DNA of 64,000 bases from Paramecium tetraurelia (taxonomy: Eukaryota): assembly GCA_000165425.1 (NCBI GenBank), contig CT868651.1:186001-250000 (forward strand), written 5' to 3'. This document shows positions 59,153 to 64,000 of this stretch, one piece after another. The position numbers were made by a program, and so were the translations under genes. The notes below the pieces were generated by a model, which saw only the letters and a list, made by a program, of their open reading frames with translations, made no database searches and was not told the origin of the DNA. The stretch's first letter is position 1. Every line of letters begins with the position of its first letter.

Positions 59153-60156
59153 ATGATAAACGAATTCTTAGATTTCTGTCACAAGAATGACGGACATGAA
59201 AGAAACAGACAATTACCAGCAAGAAAAAAATGGAAAGAAGTCGAAGATGAATTGCTATTAAAAGCAATAAGAAAATATGGAACTCAATGGACTAAAATCC
59301 AAGATGAAATACCATCCAAAGACTCCAGACAATGTCAAGCAAGGTGGAAAATACTCAAGCATGTATATATATCATAGTAATACTCTCTATAGAAAGAAGA
59401 AACCTTAAATAGATTAGAAGCCCTAGCAAGGGATGACTTCTCTGACAAGGACAATCACCTATCAAAAATGAAGAAACAAATGAAATAAAGGAAGGAAATA
59501 CCCAGGAGATACAATCCTAAGTTCGATTACAATGAGGAGTCCTCTAGTGAATCCATGCATTTACAACAATTCTAAGAAGCATTAGCTAAACAACCGAATA
59601 AATTGTTACAAATTCAATAGCAACAGCAATAGCAGCAACAGAAAAGGGAACAATACTAGAAATAATTGTAAAATCAATATCAGAATGTGTGGAATGCCAT
59701 GGATGACAAAATGTTGTGGACGGCATATAAAATATACAAAGGAGCATGGAATCAAATCACTCCTAGATTCCAAGAGAAGAACCCATAGAGCTGCATCGAT
59801 AGATATCAATAAGTATTACTTTATTATGATTTCTATAGTTGTTATAATAGAAGAAAATCAAGTTGTAAGAGGATGCCTCGTCAGTGGATGTAATATCATC
59901 TCCCAATGATTTGGATAGTTCCCAAGAGGGATCAGAACAATTTGATATCTCTGCTAGTGAGGATGAGGATTCAACAGATTTATAACGGTCTGATTGCAAA
60001 ACATTATAAACAAAATAATAATAGTACAAAGGAGTTTACACAGTATAGCAATGTCATACCAACATTGAAAGAATTTTGAAATCATTTTCCAATCATAATC
60101 TAGATACTTTGCCTGGCATACGTGAATCGATCGTCAAGCTCATATTAACAGATTGA
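59153..60156 (+). CDS. Myb/SANT-domain protein with poly-Gln tract
   Basis: KKWKEVEDELLLKAIRKYGTQWTKIQDEIPSKDSRQCQARW, followed by an intron; start codon uncertain. Confidence 0.8.
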
Positions 60157-60183
60157 TAATTTTTGTTTTATATATATTATATC

Positions 60184-61534
60184 TCATCTGAAATAGATTA
60201 AACTTCTTGCTGTTAATCCTTCAACTACTGAGGTATCTTCTTCTTATTTGACCCAATAATCAACAAACAATTACTTTTACTCTGCATTATTTACATCAAC
60301 CTTGATGAATTGATGATAGTCATAGGCGACATGGTCTTTCTAATCGAAATAAATAATAAATCATACCCATTCTTTTGGAACCTCAGTTCCTCTCCAGAGC
60401 CAGGCTCCTCTCAATTCCAAATTTGGCTCATCTCCATACACACCATGAATACCAAAGGCATACTTTCTGAAATTTTGATCAAGTCTTTAATTGATGAATC
60501 CCTTCATTAAATTGTTGGTCAAGATTAACTTCTTACCTTCATTCTCTGATTTGTTGTATTTGACAAACCATAATGACCATCCATTCAAATCAACTGTGCT
60601 GAACAAAGTCTCCATGTTCTTTTGAATATCTTTCTCAGCAAAGAAGATTCTCTTGTAATCATCAATATTAAATGTTGATGGTGGCAATAAATCAAGTGGG
60701 TTCACTTCCTTCTTCTTTGGTTAATCTTCATCATCCTCCTAAGCTTTTGGTTTAGGTTATTCTTATTATTTGGGTTGTTCCTTCTACTTTGGTTACTCTT
60801 TTTGTTTCTCTTACTTCTACTCTTATTTCTTCTCCTTCTTCTCCTCTACTGGTAATGGGAAAGCATTCTTCAAGAATCTTGGTCTTCCATAGTACTTTTA
60901 AAATTAATTCAATTTCATACCTCTCTCCATTCTGGAAGTGAATTCACCTCACTTAACCATTTCAATAATTGGGGATATTTGTTTCTTTCCTCCTCTCCAA
61001 GAACCAATGTGAATATAAATGTTGAGACTTATGCCAAGGCAATATCAGCCACTGTGAGGGTTTCACCAGTTATAAATTTGGACTTGCCTAATTATGTGTT
61101 CACAATGCTTAAAGTATGGGCTATGGATGCCAATGAATTCTTTTGTTAAGCTTAATTCACTGGGACATAACCTAACACTTAAAGGACAATCACTAGGGTT
61201 TCAGTTTCCAATTCGTTTGTTGTAGCATCCAACCATTAATCAACCAATCCTTATTGATATTGAGATGTTCTATTTTTAATGATCTTGATTACCCATATAA
61301 ACCTTGGGAATGTCGAGCAAGGTATCTAAGAATAGCGTTGCTTTCAAAGATTGATCCTTGTGGAGTTTCCAAAACAGGAACCTTACCAAAAGGATTTAAT
61401 TTCAATAATTCTTTGATAGTATTCTCATTCACTTAAGTATCAACCAATTCTATTTACACTTTGGCTAATGCTGCTGTGACCAAGATTTTATTTGTTCTGC
61501 CGTGACCTAATGGTGAATGCAATTTATTAGACAT
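60184..61534 (-). CDS. EEF1G: Elongation factor 1B gamma
   Basis: GST-like N-terminus (NPFGKVPVLET...IFESNAILRY), a K/E/Q linker and the EF1G domain (NPLDLLPPSTFNIDDYKR, GWSLW..Y). Confidence 0.93.
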
Positions 61535-61798
61535 GAATTAAAGATTTAATTTTAATTTTGCTTTTCAAGACATTAAATATAAATATAAAAAAGAAAGAAT
61601 TATAGGTTATTTCTTATTAATTATGATAAGATTTATTTTATTTTTATAATATTATATGATACAGCATTTTTTAATCTTGATTAATACTTATACATGGTTA
61701 TTGTCGATATTTACTGTCTTATTCCCGTAAACCAATTAATAGCAAATATCTATTAAAACTATTGATTTAATAATATTATTGTATATTATTAATAATAA

Positions 61799-63626
61799 AT
61801 GAATGGCAATGTTATCTGCAATACCCTTTATTTTCTATAAAAGTGTTAGCTTCTTCTAAGCCAAATGGAAGGTAAACAAGAATGGATCAACGAGATAAAT
61901 GAGTTATAGAAGGAATTAGAGCTCCAAAAAATCAATCACCCTCTTTATGAGAAGTGTTTGATCTTCATCACTGACAAAATCATACACCCATTTCTGTAAG
62001 ACCTCGACACTCTATTCAATTGTCAAGATGTCGTTAGGGAAATGAAAAAATATGAATTGAATTTTAACTATGTTATTAAGAGACTCTCATTGGTAATATT
62101 CAAATTTATAGTTTAGATAAGAGAGTTCATACCAAATGTGGTGAAGGTACCGTTGGATGACTTATTCTGTAAACCTTAAACTGACCAGGAATGGATTTAA
62201 TTAAACAGATATATAGAATATGTTAATGTATACTATAAATTTAAAATAAGTTAGATGATCCATTATCCTTGTCTAAACAATTCGATTAATTCTATGATTA
62301 TATCGCTTTGGGAGCTGCCTATTGCACTTTGGGATCGAAGTATTCGAACCCTTTGATAAGTTTGATCGTGTAAAATGTTGGTGGGGCTGTGATGTTGGTT
62401 ACGAAATAGACGGCGAGAAATATCAAGATCAAAGAGATCACAAATCCATCTCTCTCATTTGTCAAGGGATTGTGGAGTATCCAAAACAATTCAACCTTTT
62501 TCAAGAATTTCATGAAACTGACAAATTGTAAGGTTAAATCACATCTGAAAATTCATGTTCCCTTCTTATTTGAAGAACACACAATTTAAATATCATCATG
62601 ATAATCATACTTATGAGTTAGAGAAATTTAAGGGTTTCAAAATGGTAGAGGATCTATTTAATAAACTTTAATCTAAGTAATTATTATTGAAATCAAAATC
62701 ATAAAAAATTAAAGTTAGAATTATTTCAGCAAATAAGGTCAATTTAAATAAAAATGTGGATTATTCCTCAATAGTATAAAAAGTCGGTGAAATCAGTTCA
62801 GAACATCATTAAATAAGCTAGCTACTTCAATAGTTAAATAAAAATACAAAAATAAAAAAAGTAGTTTTACACATTCATGGTGGAGGATGGGTGGCTATGT
62901 CTTCATTCAGTCATCAATCTTATACAAGGAAGTGGGCTAATTACTTAGGAGATGAGGCTATAGTATTCTCGATAGATTATAGACTCTCTCCTGAATATCG
63001 ATACCCTTACGCACTAGAAGATGTTTGGCAATTATACTTGTGGATCATCAATTTCAGTCAATTCTACTTAAATATTGCAGTAGAATAAATAGTTTTAGCA
63101 GGAGATTCTGCAGGTGGCAATATGGCATTGGGAGTTTGCTTTAGGGCTATAAAATATGGTGTTAGAATACCTGACGGATTATTGATGGCCTATCCTGCAG
63201 TCAATTTAGATTTAACTAAATTCAACCCTTATTTATTATAGGGATTGATCGATTAAGTGGCACCAGCAACAGTTTTAAAATTGGCTCTGCATGAATACTT
63301 GAAGGATACAAATGGCAAACCAAATGTTGATCCCTACTTAAGTCCATTGATAGCAGATGATTCATTTTTATAATAGTAATTACATTTATAAATTTTGTAG
63401 CTTACCTAAAATGACAATCATGTGTGGTTAATTAGACAGTCTGACTGGTGATACTATAAAATTTGTTAATAGATTAAGAAAGCTAGATAAGTAATTTAGA
63501 ATGCTCATATATAATGGGATCAATCATGGATTTCTGAATTTTGAGGTGCCTATTTTTGCAGTGCCTGCTATAAAACCAATAATAGAAAGTAGCTGTGATT
63601 TATTGAAGCAGTTATTTAATTAATGA
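61799..63626 (+). CDS. Hormone-sensitive-lipase-family alpha/beta hydrolase
   Basis: [34 protein letters not shown] and HGF. Confidence 0.9.
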
Positions 63627-63636
63627 TAAATTATAA

Positions 63637-64000
63637 TCAAGTAGATCCGCAACAATTGTCAGAAGGGTTTCTATTCTGTTTAGTAGGCACAGTTAGAACA
63701 TTGGGCTGTGGTTGTTCCTATGTTTTCTTTTCAGACTTTTCATCTTCGATTTCAATTCTTTGGCTTGGAAATTCTTCTTCCACATTTTGTTATTTGAACT
63801 CATATATTTCTAATTATCAATTTGTACATTATATACTCCTAATTAATTATTCAAAACATTCCTTCACGTTTGTTCCTTCCTTTGCTGATGTTTCATTATA
63901 CAGCATATTGTGTTATTAACAGATTTGCTCTACTTCTTCGACAGATACACACCGATTTTGTGGGTTGTCTTACAATAAATCCAGTTTGTTCCCTATTAGC
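63637..64000 (-). CDS. Rab GTPase, 3' part (runs off the window)
   Basis: GNKLD, ETSAK and C-terminal CCGST*. Confidence 0.85.

Noticed and set aside
59600..59680. CAA/CAG/TAG trinucleotide runs (also at 17840-17940 and 60720-60850)
   Set aside because: Ordinary poly-Gln or charged linkers within CDSs.

Overview
This is AT-rich eukaryotic DNA from a ciliate, almost certainly a Paramecium (aurelia-type) macronuclear scaffold. TAA/TAG read as Gln, TGA is the only stop, introns are mostly 20-34 nt GT-AG, and intergenic gaps are often under 100 nt. The supplied ORF track uses the standard code and fragments every gene, so I retranslated by hand with code 6; coordinates are manual and may be off by a few nt. 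About 35 genes are recognisable, including an EF-hand kinase, Enhancer of polycomb, uS8, a FYVE/TBC-like coiled-coil protein, alpha-tubulin, eL22, PARG, PKA-R, UAP1, a P4-ATPase-guanylyl cyclase fusion, two Rabs, GLTP, OST3/6, Kelch-BTB, TPR-CaaX, Myb, eEF1B-gamma and an HSL-type lipase. Several decaying pseudogenes are interspersed. The most interesting signals are RNA structures hidden in introns: (1) the eL22 intron folds into a hairpin matching the known eL22-binding motif, a candidate splicing/NMD autoregulatory switch; (2) the Enhancer of polycomb gene appears to need an unusually long 136-nt intron holding a strong hairpin of about 20 bp. Also notable are an ATGA stop/start overlap, three +1 insertions in alpha-tubulin, and an intronless TPR-CaaX gene with an unexplained C-terminal domain.
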